A stretch of 64,000 nucleotides of DNA from contig DIFW01000017.1 in the NCBI GenBank assembly GCA_002419295.1, forward strand, positions 57,099 through 121,098, in the 5' to 3' direction. How positions within the stretch are numbered: position 1 is the stretch's first letter; each line of letters starts with the position of its first letter. The notes beneath the pieces are model-generated. The model did not search any database, was not told the DNA's origin, and saw nothing but the letters and a program-made list of their open reading frames with translations. Of the stretch, positions 49,066 through 58,820 are shown piece after piece. A program made the translations under genes and the position numbers. The DNA comes from Patescibacteria group bacterium UBA5738 (GTDB taxonomy: Bacteria > Patescibacteriota > Minisyncoccia > Minisyncoccales > UBA5738).

Positions 49066-50352
49066 TTATGCTCTCATATCTTTTATTGGGATTTTGCTTT
49101 CTTGATGTTTTTGATATTCTTCGCTTTGTCCGTATTTGGTATCCATTGATGCTCGCGTATCTTTGATGCCACCCTGTATCTTTCCTTCCATTCCGGATTG
49201 GAAACTTTTTCTTCCTCCGGAGGAAATTCCCTTGCCTATTCCTCCCGCCATTCCCTGCATGCCCTTGGTGATACCGCTACTGATTTCTCCGCTAAGCTTG
49301 GGAATCATTGCGGCGCAAAGCATTTGCACCGTCATCATATATATTGCCAGCGCGATCCAGTAGATTATTCCCGAAGTGATAAAAGAAATCGTATAGGTGC
49401 CAAACGAAAAAATTGGGGGTTCGTATTGCATTTCTTGCGGCATAATCATATAGGACGCGCTTAATCCGAGCGTAAGCAAAAACAACATCAATACTCCTCC
49501 CAATGTCCAGCTAGTAAGCCAATCAACCCATGTTTTGAAGTGATGTTGCGTTTGCGGCAAGACGCCGGCCAATATTGCCAGCGGTGCGAGAATTGCCAAA
49601 ATTTGGATAACAAAAACACGCGTTAAAAAAAACATTGCAAAAGAAAACAACAATCCGGTCAATGTGTTCATTACCATTATTTTAACGATCAAGGTTGGCA
49701 CAGTGTATATCATTAGCAAGAGTGTTCCCATTACCAATCCCAACCCGGCTAAAATATTCCATCCCAATACAACCGAAGCTACTGCGCCGCCGCTATAAAG
49801 CGCGAATAGAGACAGAGCATTTATAAAAATATCTTTGAAAAATATATCAAATACCGCGGAAAAGATGTCTCCCCCGCCGATGATAATGCTTCCCATTATT
49901 ATATTGCTTATATCAAGCAACATTCCCACAAACAACGGCGCGAAATGGATTAACAATGCGGCAACAAAAAATTTAATAAAATGTTTTTTTGCATTAATTG
50001 ACTCAACATTAAAAATCGTCCCTAGGGCAATGGTGATAAATACAACAATTAGCAAGATATCGGCTATTGTTGTGGTTATGCTTATGCCTGTTTGGACGAA
50101 TGCGCTGTCTTTGAGATTAAGCATTTCCGGGCTTTTGCTGATGGAAAAATTGAATAAAGCGCTGGCGGTTAAAAGATAGATCAATCCACTGGCAATTTGT
50201 TTAAACAAATCAAATATGTATTGTGTTACCGGCTTAACGAAATTCGAAAGCATTACCTCCATGCTTGCCGATTGGGCTACTGCCTGATCAGGGAAGTATG
50301 TTAATCCGACTATCAATAATATTACCAACAAAAATGAGAATTTTGCTTTCAT
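49066..50352 (-). CDS. VirB6/TrbL-like polytopic membrane protein
   Basis: AALLIHF......LLDISN, R.FVI.IL.ILAPLA.L..VLP.T..HF..W, Gly-rich tail; T4SS context. Confidence 0.75.
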   Translation of the reverse strand: MKAKFSFLLVILLIVGLTYFPDQAVAQSASMEVMLSNFVKPVTQYIFDLFKQIASGLIYLLTASALFNFSISKSPEMLNLKDSAFVQTGISITTTIADILLIVVFITIALGTIFNVESINAKKHFIKFFVAALLIHFAPLFVGMLLDISNIIMGSIIIGGGDIFSAVFDIFFKDIFINALSLFALYSGGAVASVVLGWNILAGLGLVMGTLLLMIYTVPTLIVKIMVMNTLTGLLFSFAMFFLTRVFVIQILAILAPLAILAGVLPQTQHHFKTWVDWLTSWTLGGVLMLFLLTLGLSASYMIMPQEMQYEPPIFSFGTYTISFITSGIIYWIALAIYMMTVQMLCAAMIPKLSGEISSGITKGMQGMAGGIGKGISSGGRKSFQSGMEGKIQGGIKDTRASMDTKYGQSEEYQKHQESKIPIKDMRA

Positions 50353-50379
50353 AATTTTATCATTGTAAAAACTTGGCGA

Positions 50380-51630
50380 TTAACGGAACATTCCGCCTAT
50401 AATTCCGATGAAAGTACCGATAACATTTTGAGTTTGATTGGCGATATTTACCAAAGTGCCTTGCTTCGTTTTGTCTTTAATTCTAACTGCGGTGATATTT
50501 TCAAAATTCGTTGCGCTATAGGCATATTCTTTAAACTCTCCAGTGTTCTCGTCGGCGGTTTCTTTGATGCATTTGCCTGAATCTCTGTTTAGACAGCGGT
50601 TTATTAAGCAACCGCAAGCAAGGAAGCCGCAAGGCTCCAGTTTAGCGGTGTCAACTGTGCCGTCGGCATTTTTTTTGTAGGAAAATGCTTGGTATGATTT
50701 TGGTTGGCTCACCGGGCCTTGGGGGAAATTGATCCATCCGCCGTTGATTGCATTGTTCCCTGCCCCCTCCACTTTGTATTCATTGCCGGCAAAATTAACT
50801 TCATCATAGAAGATCACGACATCACATCCCGTTTCAGGAGCATTATAGGTGGCAATGCAGGTATAGGGATTTGGCAGGCATATTTTTTGCCAATCAGTTT
50901 TGCTGCCGTTTTCATCAAAGCCATAATTGCAACCGCAATATAAGCTTTGGCAATCGGCATTTTTACTGCAAAACTGGTAATTATCACTGGCGCCTGGTGT
51001 TATTTTGGCTTCATTCCCCGTTTCGGCGCATACGCTATCGTTGCCGCGGCAACAGCGCCAATTTTTTGGCACGCATTGTTGGTCAAAAGTACCATCGGAA
51101 TCTTTACAGCAATTTATATTATCGTTTGGCCCGGAACAACTTCGGTTGTTAATCGGGAAATTTCCCGCAAGATTTGCCGGGATTGTCGGCAAAGCGACTG
51201 CCATTTCGGTGAGATTGGGATTGATCAAGCTAAAGATTGCCCAACTGGATAATAATAATGCCAGTCCGATCGCCGCGGATTGTATTCTTTTCCTTGCTTC
51301 AGATAATTTATTTGGATCGGCAACGGAAGTGATATATTGTATGCCGGCGATAATCAGCGCGATGAATACCGCCAATCCCCCCAACCCCACTCCCCAGCCG
51401 AAAAAGTAGCCGACAAGATCCGCCAGCGCTGAATCTTCACTCAATGTATATCCTCCCAGTGGAGATGCCGGCCAATCGGTTTGCAAGGTAAAGCCAAAAT
51501 CCGGCGCTTCACATTTCGTTTCAGCTAATTCGCTGGAAAAAATTATTGTCGCGGGGAACGACAAGAGGCAAGCGATTGCAAATAGTAAAAATGCGCGTAA
51601 AATATTTTTTTTAAAAAATTTGGAATGCAT
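50380..51630 (-). CDS. VirB2/TrbC-like pilin domain fused to a Cys-rich C-terminal domain
   Basis: LIIAGIQYITS.ADP.K..EARKRI..A.IGL.LLL.SW.I...INP two-helix hairpin, then many Cys. Confidence 0.75.
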   Translation of the reverse strand: MHSKFFKKNILRAFLLFAIACLLSFPATIIFSSELAETKCEAPDFGFTLQTDWPASPLGGYTLSEDSALADLVGYFFGWGVGLGGLAVFIALIIAGIQYITSVADPNKLSEARKRIQSAAIGLALLLSSWAIFSLINPNLTEMAVALPTIPANLAGNFPINNRSCSGPNDNINCCKDSDGTFDQQCVPKNWRCCRGNDSVCAETGNEAKITPGASDNYQFCSKNADCQSLYCGCNYGFDENGSKTDWQKICLPNPYTCIATYNAPETGCDVVIFYDEVNFAGNEYKVEGAGNNAINGGWINFPQGPVSQPKSYQAFSYKKNADGTVDTAKLEPCGFLACGCLINRCLNRDSGKCIKETADENTGEFKEYAYSATNFENITAVRIKDKTKQGTLVNIANQTQNVIGTFIGIIGGMFR

Positions 51631-51631
51631 T

Positions 51632-52366
51632 TTATTTTTTGGGAAGGATTGATACTGATTCTATCATTTCGTTGATTTCTTGCACAATTGTTGCGGTGGA
51701 GCTTTGCGAGGTTATCGATATGGTGTAAATTTTGCCGGAGGGGGTGTCGAAAATGGCGTTGACTATTTTTAAATTTATCGTAATTTTTGAAGTTGGCTCA
51801 ACGATGGATTGTTCCGTTTCCACCACGGAAACGGTTTGGTCCCCTTTGACGATTTCGGAGCGGGCGATTTTGGCGGCGATATTTTTGGCGCGCAAATCGG
51901 TTTCAATTTTTTCCATCAGTTCTTCAGCGGTTTGCGCGCTTGATTCTTCCACGGTGAGGGAGTTGATCGACGGCATTATCGATTGGCTGGCGGTTTTATA
52001 GGCGGCGAATAATATCTTGCCGCCGGCGCTTTCCGCGGCTTGTTCGCCGAGATTCATCGGTATCCAATCAATCGGGTACTCAAAGGAGAAGGACTCGTCC
52101 GGGGCGGTCCATATTTTTGTTTCAACGGTCGTGGTGGCGCTGTCCGCCGGACTTTGCGCCGGATTTTGCAATTGGCCTTGTATCTGGCTCATAATGCCGT
52201 CAAGCTGTTGGCCGGCGTCGGGCACTCCTTGCATCAATTCTTGCGGCAAATTAAGTTGCAGATTTTTGATATTGCCCTGAAATTGGTTGAACTGCCACAT
52301 CGTGGAGCCGGCCAGAAACGCAATCATTACAAACACGCCGATTAAATATAGATTCACCAATTTCAT
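51632..52366 (-). CDS. Membrane-anchored PsbP-like domain protein
   Basis: N-terminal TM; FSFEYP.DW, K.Y.I, MIESV.I pattern. Confidence 0.6.
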   Translation of the reverse strand: MKLVNLYLIGVFVMIAFLAGSTMWQFNQFQGNIKNLQLNLPQELMQGVPDAGQQLDGIMSQIQGQLQNPAQSPADSATTTVETKIWTAPDESFSFEYPIDWIPMNLGEQAAESAGGKILFAAYKTASQSIMPSINSLTVEESSAQTAEELMEKIETDLRAKNIAAKIARSEIVKGDQTVSVVETEQSIVEPTSKITINLKIVNAIFDTPSGKIYTISITSQSSTATIVQEINEMIESVSILPKK

Positions 52367-52375
52367 AATATCGAA

Positions 52376-54955
52376 TTATATGTTCCACCACACTCCCGCG
52401 TATCCGAACAATGAGGTGAATATTCCCACGATTGTCCAGGCGAAAAACAATATGAAATAGCCGATGCCGATCAGTTTCCACCATGAAATGACTTTTTGCT
52501 TGATTTCGGGAGTGCCAAAGCTGGTATAGAACAAGCCGCCGGTGGCCAGCCCCAGCAAAGGCAGAAGAATAAACGCCGCGCGGAACAGAATCATATTCAA
52601 AATTTGCATTATTACCAGCAGAAAATGCTTGGCGCCGCAAGCTTCGCGGTCGTCCCATTCGGTGTTGGGATTGTCATTGGTGAGGCCGCAGACCGCCAAA
52701 ACCATTTGCCCTTTTTCTATTTCTTTGCCGCCGGCGGCAAAATCAAACGACCATGTTGCCGGCGCCGCGCCCGTATCCGTGCATTTTTCGTCCAGACAAG
52801 CTAAAACCGACCACTCATATTTTCCCAGACAATAGAGCTGGCGGATGTCCTTGTTGATCGTCGTTGAGTTTTCGTTGACGATTTTTTCCACTTTTTGTCC
52901 GGGAGCGCAATCTTTGTTGGTTTCTTTGTCGGATTTTTCGGCATAATTCAGATTTAGTTTGTAATAATGCGCGCCGGCGACCGGTTCCCATGAAAAGCTG
53001 TAGATCAGCTGGCTGTTATTGATTGTTTCTTGCGGGTTAATCGGTCCTTCTGACGCGCCCAAGGCCGCGGTGGAAAAAGTGAATTTGGGCGAAGGCGCGC
53101 CACAAAGCTGGCCGTTTTCGTCGGCGCAAGTTTGCACGCTCCATTCATAAGATTGGCTTTGGTTGACGGCTGGATAGTCCGCGGCGTAATTATTGTTTTG
53201 CGAGACAATTTTCTGGCCGTTGAAATCCAAAACATAAGATTTGGCGCCGGCAACCGCTTCCCAATGCAAATCAACCGGCATTGCCAAATCGGAAGTGTTG
53301 TCCGCGGGGGATAAAGTTTCGGTTTTCGGCGCGCGGCCGGTGGTGCGGAAATACCACCATTGAGACCACGGCTCGTCGCACACATTGCCCACCGGAATCG
53401 ACGGCCAGCAAGATTTCACGCGCCATTTGTAGGCAGTGTCCAATTCCAGTTCAATCCCCTGCGCGTCGCTGTTGTTGTCGGCGGCGTTTGCTTTGGAAAA
53501 AATAATTTGTGATTTTGTGGTGCGCCGCTCTCCGTCTACCAATGATTGGCCGGTGTCGCCGGAAATTTTTTGAATATCATAAGCAAAAGAATTGGCGCCG
53601 TTGGGAGCTTGCCATAAAAGCTTTCCCGGCAGTTCGGCGAGTTTGGCGGTTTGCGCATTGGCATAATCGCCGTCATTGGCGGGCGAAAGCGCCTTCGGTG
53701 CTTCAACAATTTCATTTTTTGCGGTAAATTTCCAAAGCTGGCCCCAATATTTGTCTGATGATGAGCCGCAATATTCATCGCCGGCATTGGTGTTGTTGAA
53801 ACACCGCCGCAACTGCCAATAGTAGGTAATGTTTTTGGTGAACAGCGCCCGATCTTGACTGGACATTTCTTTATGCGACCACCAATTGCGCCCGACTGTC
53901 TCTTGCGCCGGGTTAATGACATCGGGCTTGCAGGTGTTATCGGTTTGCTTTTGAAGATAATGGCAAGCCATGGGATTTTGCAATGCCGGCACATCTTTTT
54001 TTAACCATGCGGCCAATTGAGAAAATCCTTGCGGGATTTGCGCGCCGGTCAATACCAGATGATTTTCGTTGGTATAAACACGCAACTGGTATGATAGCGC
54101 CGCGATCATATTATTGTTGTAGGCCATTTTTTCCGATGAAACTTTGGCCGAACACCAATCAAGCTTCAACCCATCATAGGAGATGCCGGTTTTTCCGTCC
54201 GGACCGTTCCAATCCGGGTCGCCGATGTTGATGGGTTCGGGAGCCGGGCTGGTTTTAAATGTCCACCATGGCGCTTTGTCTTCGGGCAGGCAATTGGAAC
54301 CGTCTTCGTTGCAACAAGGGCGTATGCGCCACTTGATTACCGTGTCGGAGTTATAGAAACAGGGGTAAAATTTTTCCGTCGCGTTAAATTCGTTGGTAGT
54401 CAAAATCTGGCGGAAAATACCGCCGGCGCTTTGAGAGTCGTTTAATTCCAAATTCTTGTTTTCTATTTCTAAAATATACGAATGGGCGCCGAATAATTTG
54501 GAAGTCGTCGCTTTTTTATTTCCCAATTTTTCTTGAAAATTCCAAATATATTCTCCGTCTTCGTTTTGCCACCCGTCGATATTGTCCCATGCCAAAACCA
54601 CGGGCAAGGTGATTTCATTTTCGTTGGTTTGCCTGGTTTTATTCACCGGATCGTTATAATAGTAATGGTTTTTGGGCATGGTCAAGCATTCGTTGACGCA
54701 AGCGCAAGCGCCCATATCAATATTGTCGTTAATTTTCAGTTGCCCTCCCTTTTGCCACGATTTGCAAACGGTTTCGCCGGATTTCGTGCCGCTAAAAGAC
54801 GCGCCGCATTCTTCCGGGATGTCAAAATAATCGGTTTCACCGATATCGGTTGCGGAACACAATAACGGCGCGATTGTTGCGGCCAAAAAAAATAAAATAT
54901 GCGGGAAAAATGATTTTAAAATTTTAGAAATCATGCCGATTTTTTGATTTATCAT
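52376..54955 (-). CDS. Large Cys-rich FN3-like repeat protein with C-terminal VirB2-like pilin domain
   Basis: Signal peptide, five W.V..C...W.F.T modules, C-terminal GG.FY.S.G.P...IG..I.FFAW.IV hairpin. Confidence 0.7.
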   Translation of the reverse strand: MINQKIGMISKILKSFFPHILFFLAATIAPLLCSATDIGETDYFDIPEECGASFSGTKSGETVCKSWQKGGQLKINDNIDMGACACVNECLTMPKNHYYYNDPVNKTRQTNENEITLPVVLAWDNIDGWQNEDGEYIWNFQEKLGNKKATTSKLFGAHSYILEIENKNLELNDSQSAGGIFRQILTTNEFNATEKFYPCFYNSDTVIKWRIRPCCNEDGSNCLPEDKAPWWTFKTSPAPEPINIGDPDWNGPDGKTGISYDGLKLDWCSAKVSSEKMAYNNNMIAALSYQLRVYTNENHLVLTGAQIPQGFSQLAAWLKKDVPALQNPMACHYLQKQTDNTCKPDVINPAQETVGRNWWSHKEMSSQDRALFTKNITYYWQLRRCFNNTNAGDEYCGSSSDKYWGQLWKFTAKNEIVEAPKALSPANDGDYANAQTAKLAELPGKLLWQAPNGANSFAYDIQKISGDTGQSLVDGERRTTKSQIIFSKANAADNNSDAQGIELELDTAYKWRVKSCWPSIPVGNVCDEPWSQWWYFRTTGRAPKTETLSPADNTSDLAMPVDLHWEAVAGAKSYVLDFNGQKIVSQNNNYAADYPAVNQSQSYEWSVQTCADENGQLCGAPSPKFTFSTAALGASEGPINPQETINNSQLIYSFSWEPVAGAHYYKLNLNYAEKSDKETNKDCAPGQKVEKIVNENSTTINKDIRQLYCLGKYEWSVLACLDEKCTDTGAAPATWSFDFAAGGKEIEKGQMVLAVCGLTNDNPNTEWDDREACGAKHFLLVIMQILNMILFRAAFILLPLLGLATGGLFYTSFGTPEIKQKVISWWKLIGIGYFILFFAWTIVGIFTSLFGYAGVWWNI

Positions 54956-54978
54956 TTATCATTTATCATTATACACCT

Positions 54979-57930
54979 TCAAAGGATTTGGTTCCATAAT
55001 TCTTTATAGCCGACCAAATTCATCAAAACGGAAACAATGATCCACGCGAAAAACAAAATGCCATAGCCGATGCCGATTTTTTTCCAGCCGTCTTTTATTG
55101 TCGGAATAAGATTGGCCTTATCATGCGACAAATAGAACATTCCGCCGGTGATCATCGCCATTACCGGTAAAAGTATGAATGCCAGCTTGAACACCACAAA
55201 GTCAATGATTACTTTGGTTCCCAGAACCAGATGTTTGATTTCGCAAGGTTCTTTCTCGTTGTATTGGGTGTTTGGATCGTCCGCTGCCAATCCGCAGACC
55301 ATCAGTCCGGAACTCTGCCCTTTGTTGGCGATGGAAAAAAATTGTTCGGCGTAAACATATCCTTTTGAGGCGCATTTATCATCAAAGCACGGTTGCACCA
55401 CAAACGAATAATTACCGGCGCAGTATGGCGATCCGTTTTTATCCGCCGTTCTGATTGCCATACTGGTCGCGGAAACTATTTTTTCTTTGTATTCGTTGTT
55501 AAACCAATCCGGATCGCAGCTGGTGCTCTTCTCTCCGCTTTCAACTTTCGCGGTTACCAGAAAATATTTGGCGTTACTGCTCCATGTCAAACCGGAAGGT
55601 ATCCGCGAGATGTCTCCCGAAGGAGACAAGTTGGTTGGCTTAGTAAAATCTTTTGTGAGATATGTTCCAAAATTGCTCCACGGACCGCAAACGGTTCCGT
55701 TCTTGTCGGCACAAGTCTGCACCTGCCAGCGATAAGTTTCTTTTGCTACTTTATAATTGAAGGTATAGGAATTGGTTGGTTGAGGATTCGGATTTTCGAT
55801 GCCGACTTCTTTTCCGGCCGCGTTGAAAATCCTGACATTAAAAGATCCGTTCGCCGGCACGCTTTCCCATATGAAGGTCGCACTGGGCGCGTCGTCATTG
55901 GCGATTTGCAGAGAATCGTTTTTTGGCGGCCGTCCGGTAGTGATAAAATTTTGCCACTCCGACCATTTGCCGCCGCAAATTTCGTTGATATTGCCCACCG
56001 GGATTGACGGCCAGCAGGATTTCACGCGCCATTTGTATTTGGTGTTGATCTTTAATTCCACGGATTCGGGATTTTTCCCCTGCGTTGGGGCCTTGTCGGT
56101 GATGGCGATTGTAATTTGAGCTTTATTAAACCTTCGCCCTGCGTCATTTTTGTAGCTTTCTTGGCAATCCCCCGTTCTAAAAATACTTTCTCCGTTTTCG
56201 TCTTGAATGTCGTATAAAAAAGAGTTTGCGCCGCAGGGAGCGGTCCAGTTGAAAGTATTGTTCAATCCGATCAGATTGTTGTCATCGCCCCAGTTTTCAT
56301 TTTTCGCCGGGCTGATCGGCGCCGGCGGTTTCAATGTGCTCGAATCCATTGCTTTGCCGATTAATTGCCATTTTTGCCCGAAGTCTTCGTCAATGTTGCT
56401 GTCGCAGTGAGGGAAGCTGCTGTCTTCGGCGCCGCCGCTAACATTGAAACAGGGTTTGATTTGCCAGGAATACTTCAAATCGGCGCCTTTACTGCCGGTA
56501 AAAAGATTGCGATCTTGGCTGGTATTTTCCGCCGCGGAAAAAAAAGGCTTGAAAGTCGCGTCACTTATCAATTGATCCGTATAGGGGGAAAAAGAAAGAG
56601 ACTCCGGTTTCGCGCAACTTCCGTCGCTGTTTCTTTGCAAGTAATGGCAAGCTTCGGATTCGTGCTCCCCGACGGCCACTTCGCTTTTCGCGGCCTTTTC
56701 TATGCCGGATTCCATCCATTTATCGCATTCGCTGGCGCCGCCGCTCCACGCGTTTTTCCAGCCATCCCAGCGGGATTTAATGCCGCTGACAACGCCGCTG
56801 TTTTTTATCCATCCGAGAATGCCGCCTAAAACGGGGATATTCTCAATTTTTTCGATCAGTGCTCCCAGAGAAGTGTTTTCGCTGGACATTACGCGCATTT
56901 GGTAATTGGCCGCGTAGTCAATCTGGCTGTCGTTATAGACTTTATCAAAACGATTGTAGGTGTTCGGAACGGATTTTACGAGTTTGGCTTTGCACCAATA
57001 TAGCTTGGCACTGCAAAAATCCACGCCTTCAAGGGCGCCCGGTCCGTTCCAATCCGGGTCTTGGGCGATTTTATTGTTGCCGGCATATGCCTCTGAATCG
57101 TTGACACCTAAGAGTTCGGGGGCCGGAGAAGTGGAAAATTCCCACCAACCCTCGTTATCGCCGTATGTTTTACATTGCAATCCGGACCTGTCGCAACAAG
57201 GCAAAACTCGCCAGCGGTACTTTGAGTTGGTTTGAAAAAAACACGCTCCGCCGTCATCGCGCGAATTGAAGCCGTTTTTTTGCAGAACCTTGGCATAGGC
57301 TTCTTTTCCGCCGATATTTTCAATCGCGTATCCTCCGGCTTCGGCGAGATTTAAACCTTTTATTCCGTCCGGGGCGCCGGCATCATCCATGCTCTGGATT
57401 TGGACGCGGTAGCTCCGCGCGCCGTAATCAACGGTTGGCGCTCCCGTACCGATCACGAATTTCCCCTCGTTTTGCCATTCCGGGATATTATCCCATGCCA
57501 AGATGATGGGCAAGCTGATGACATCGGGCGTGTTTTGGTAAAGCTTGCCGCCTTCAATTTTTTTTGTCTCTTCGTCGTATTGCGCGTTATTATCGTAATA
57601 TTGCGGATTTTTTGGCGATTCAAGGCATTCTTTTTCACATTTGCAGAGTCCGTAATCGTTGCGCCCGGCTTGCGCGATTTGCCAGCTTGAGCATTTTCTT
57701 GTGCGCCTATCGTTGTCGCAACATGAAGGATTTCCATCTTTCTCGCAGGGAGAAGTGTAATGTTCCCATACTTCTCCGCTTCCGACATCAAAACCGTTGC
57801 ATGTTTTGGGAATATCTTCGTAATAATATTTATGGCCGCAGGCATTCGCTTCAAGCGGAGCCGAAAAGCAAAACAACACTGTTGCCGTTGTGGCGAAAAA
57901 AGAAAAGATTTTAAAATAATTTTCTGCCAT
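54979..57930 (-). CDS. Paralogous large Cys-rich FN3-like repeat protein with C-terminal VirB2-like pilin domain
   Basis: Same architecture; shares LP..LAWDNI..WQNE, DPDWNGP and YKWRVKSCWPSIPVGN with its neighbour; start placed at MAENY. Confidence 0.7.
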   Translation of the reverse strand: MAENYFKIFSFFATTATVLFCFSAPLEANACGHKYYYEDIPKTCNGFDVGSGEVWEHYTSPCEKDGNPSCCDNDRRTRKCSSWQIAQAGRNDYGLCKCEKECLESPKNPQYYDNNAQYDEETKKIEGGKLYQNTPDVISLPIILAWDNIPEWQNEGKFVIGTGAPTVDYGARSYRVQIQSMDDAGAPDGIKGLNLAEAGGYAIENIGGKEAYAKVLQKNGFNSRDDGGACFFQTNSKYRWRVLPCCDRSGLQCKTYGDNEGWWEFSTSPAPELLGVNDSEAYAGNNKIAQDPDWNGPGALEGVDFCSAKLYWCKAKLVKSVPNTYNRFDKVYNDSQIDYAANYQMRVMSSENTSLGALIEKIENIPVLGGILGWIKNSGVVSGIKSRWDGWKNAWSGGASECDKWMESGIEKAAKSEVAVGEHESEACHYLQRNSDGSCAKPESLSFSPYTDQLISDATFKPFFSAAENTSQDRNLFTGSKGADLKYSWQIKPCFNVSGGAEDSSFPHCDSNIDEDFGQKWQLIGKAMDSSTLKPPAPISPAKNENWGDDNNLIGLNNTFNWTAPCGANSFLYDIQDENGESIFRTGDCQESYKNDAGRRFNKAQITIAITDKAPTQGKNPESVELKINTKYKWRVKSCWPSIPVGNINEICGGKWSEWQNFITTGRPPKNDSLQIANDDAPSATFIWESVPANGSFNVRIFNAAGKEVGIENPNPQPTNSYTFNYKVAKETYRWQVQTCADKNGTVCGPWSNFGTYLTKDFTKPTNLSPSGDISRIPSGLTWSSNAKYFLVTAKVESGEKSTSCDPDWFNNEYKEKIVSATSMAIRTADKNGSPYCAGNYSFVVQPCFDDKCASKGYVYAEQFFSIANKGQSSGLMVCGLAADDPNTQYNEKEPCEIKHLVLGTKVIIDFVVFKLAFILLPVMAMITGGMFYLSHDKANLIPTIKDGWKKIGIGYGILFFAWIIVSVLMNLVGYKELWNQIL

Positions 57931-57937
57931 TAGACCA

Positions 57938-58738
57938 TTATAATTCAAAAACGCGGGCAAGGGCAATCCAGTCCTGCGGCGATAAATTTTCCGGCCGGCA
58001 ATTTTGGGGGATGCCGGAGTTCGCCATTGCCGCCTTTATTTTTTCGCGGGGCAGATTCGCGATTTGGACGAGATTGCTTGCCAAAAGTTTTCGCGGATGC
58101 GAAAATCCGGCTTTTAAAATTCTAAAAAATTTTTCCGAGAATTTTTTATCGGCGCGCTCCCCTTCTTTTGCGCGGGGAACAAGAAGCAAGATCGCGGCAT
58201 CAACTTTCGGCACGGGCCAAAAAGATCCCTTGGAAACATAGCTGATAATTTTGGGAATGGCGTAAAATTGCACGGCGGTTGCCAAAATGTTCGCTTTTGG
58301 CGCTTGCGCGCAAATTCTTTGCGCCACTTCTTTTTGGATGATCAAAGACATTAACGCCGGCGGATTTCGGCTTTCCAAGAATTTGCGGATGATCGGCGCG
58401 GCGGCATAGAACGGCAGGTTGGCGACGATCTTGTAGGGCGCGGCGATTTTTAATTCGTCGAATTTGAGCGCGTCGGCGAGAAACAATGTGAAATTGTCCG
58501 CTTTGTTGAATTTTTCGCGCAAAACATCCGCCATTCGGCGGTCTTTTTCCGCGGCGATCACGGGACGGCCGGTTTTTATCAATTCCGCGGTGAGATTGCC
58601 GGTGCCCGGTCCGATTTCCAAAACAGTTTCGCCCGATTTAATTTCCGCCGCGCCGATTAATTTTTTTATGATTCCCGTTTCGGACAAAAAATTCTGCCCC
58701 AGCCGTTTTTCCGGCCTGATTTTCAATTTATCGTTCAT
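57938..58738 (-). CDS. rsmA: 16S rRNA dimethyladenosine transferase
   Basis: KRLGQNFL, EIGPGTG, ANLPFY, QKEVAQR, F.P.PKVD. Confidence 0.96.
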   Translation of the reverse strand: MNDKLKIRPEKRLGQNFLSETGIIKKLIGAAEIKSGETVLEIGPGTGNLTAELIKTGRPVIAAEKDRRMADVLREKFNKADNFTLFLADALKFDELKIAAPYKIVANLPFYAAAPIIRKFLESRNPPALMSLIIQKEVAQRICAQAPKANILATAVQFYAIPKIISYVSKGSFWPVPKVDAAILLLVPRAKEGERADKKFSEKFFRILKAGFSHPRKLLASNLVQIANLPREKIKAAMANSGIPQNCRPENLSPQDWIALARVFEL

Positions 58739-58820
58739 GGATTCATTTTACCATAAAAAAAGCTTTTCCGAATTTATCTATTGACAATATCTTGGGTTTT
58801 TATACAATAATGATTGGATT

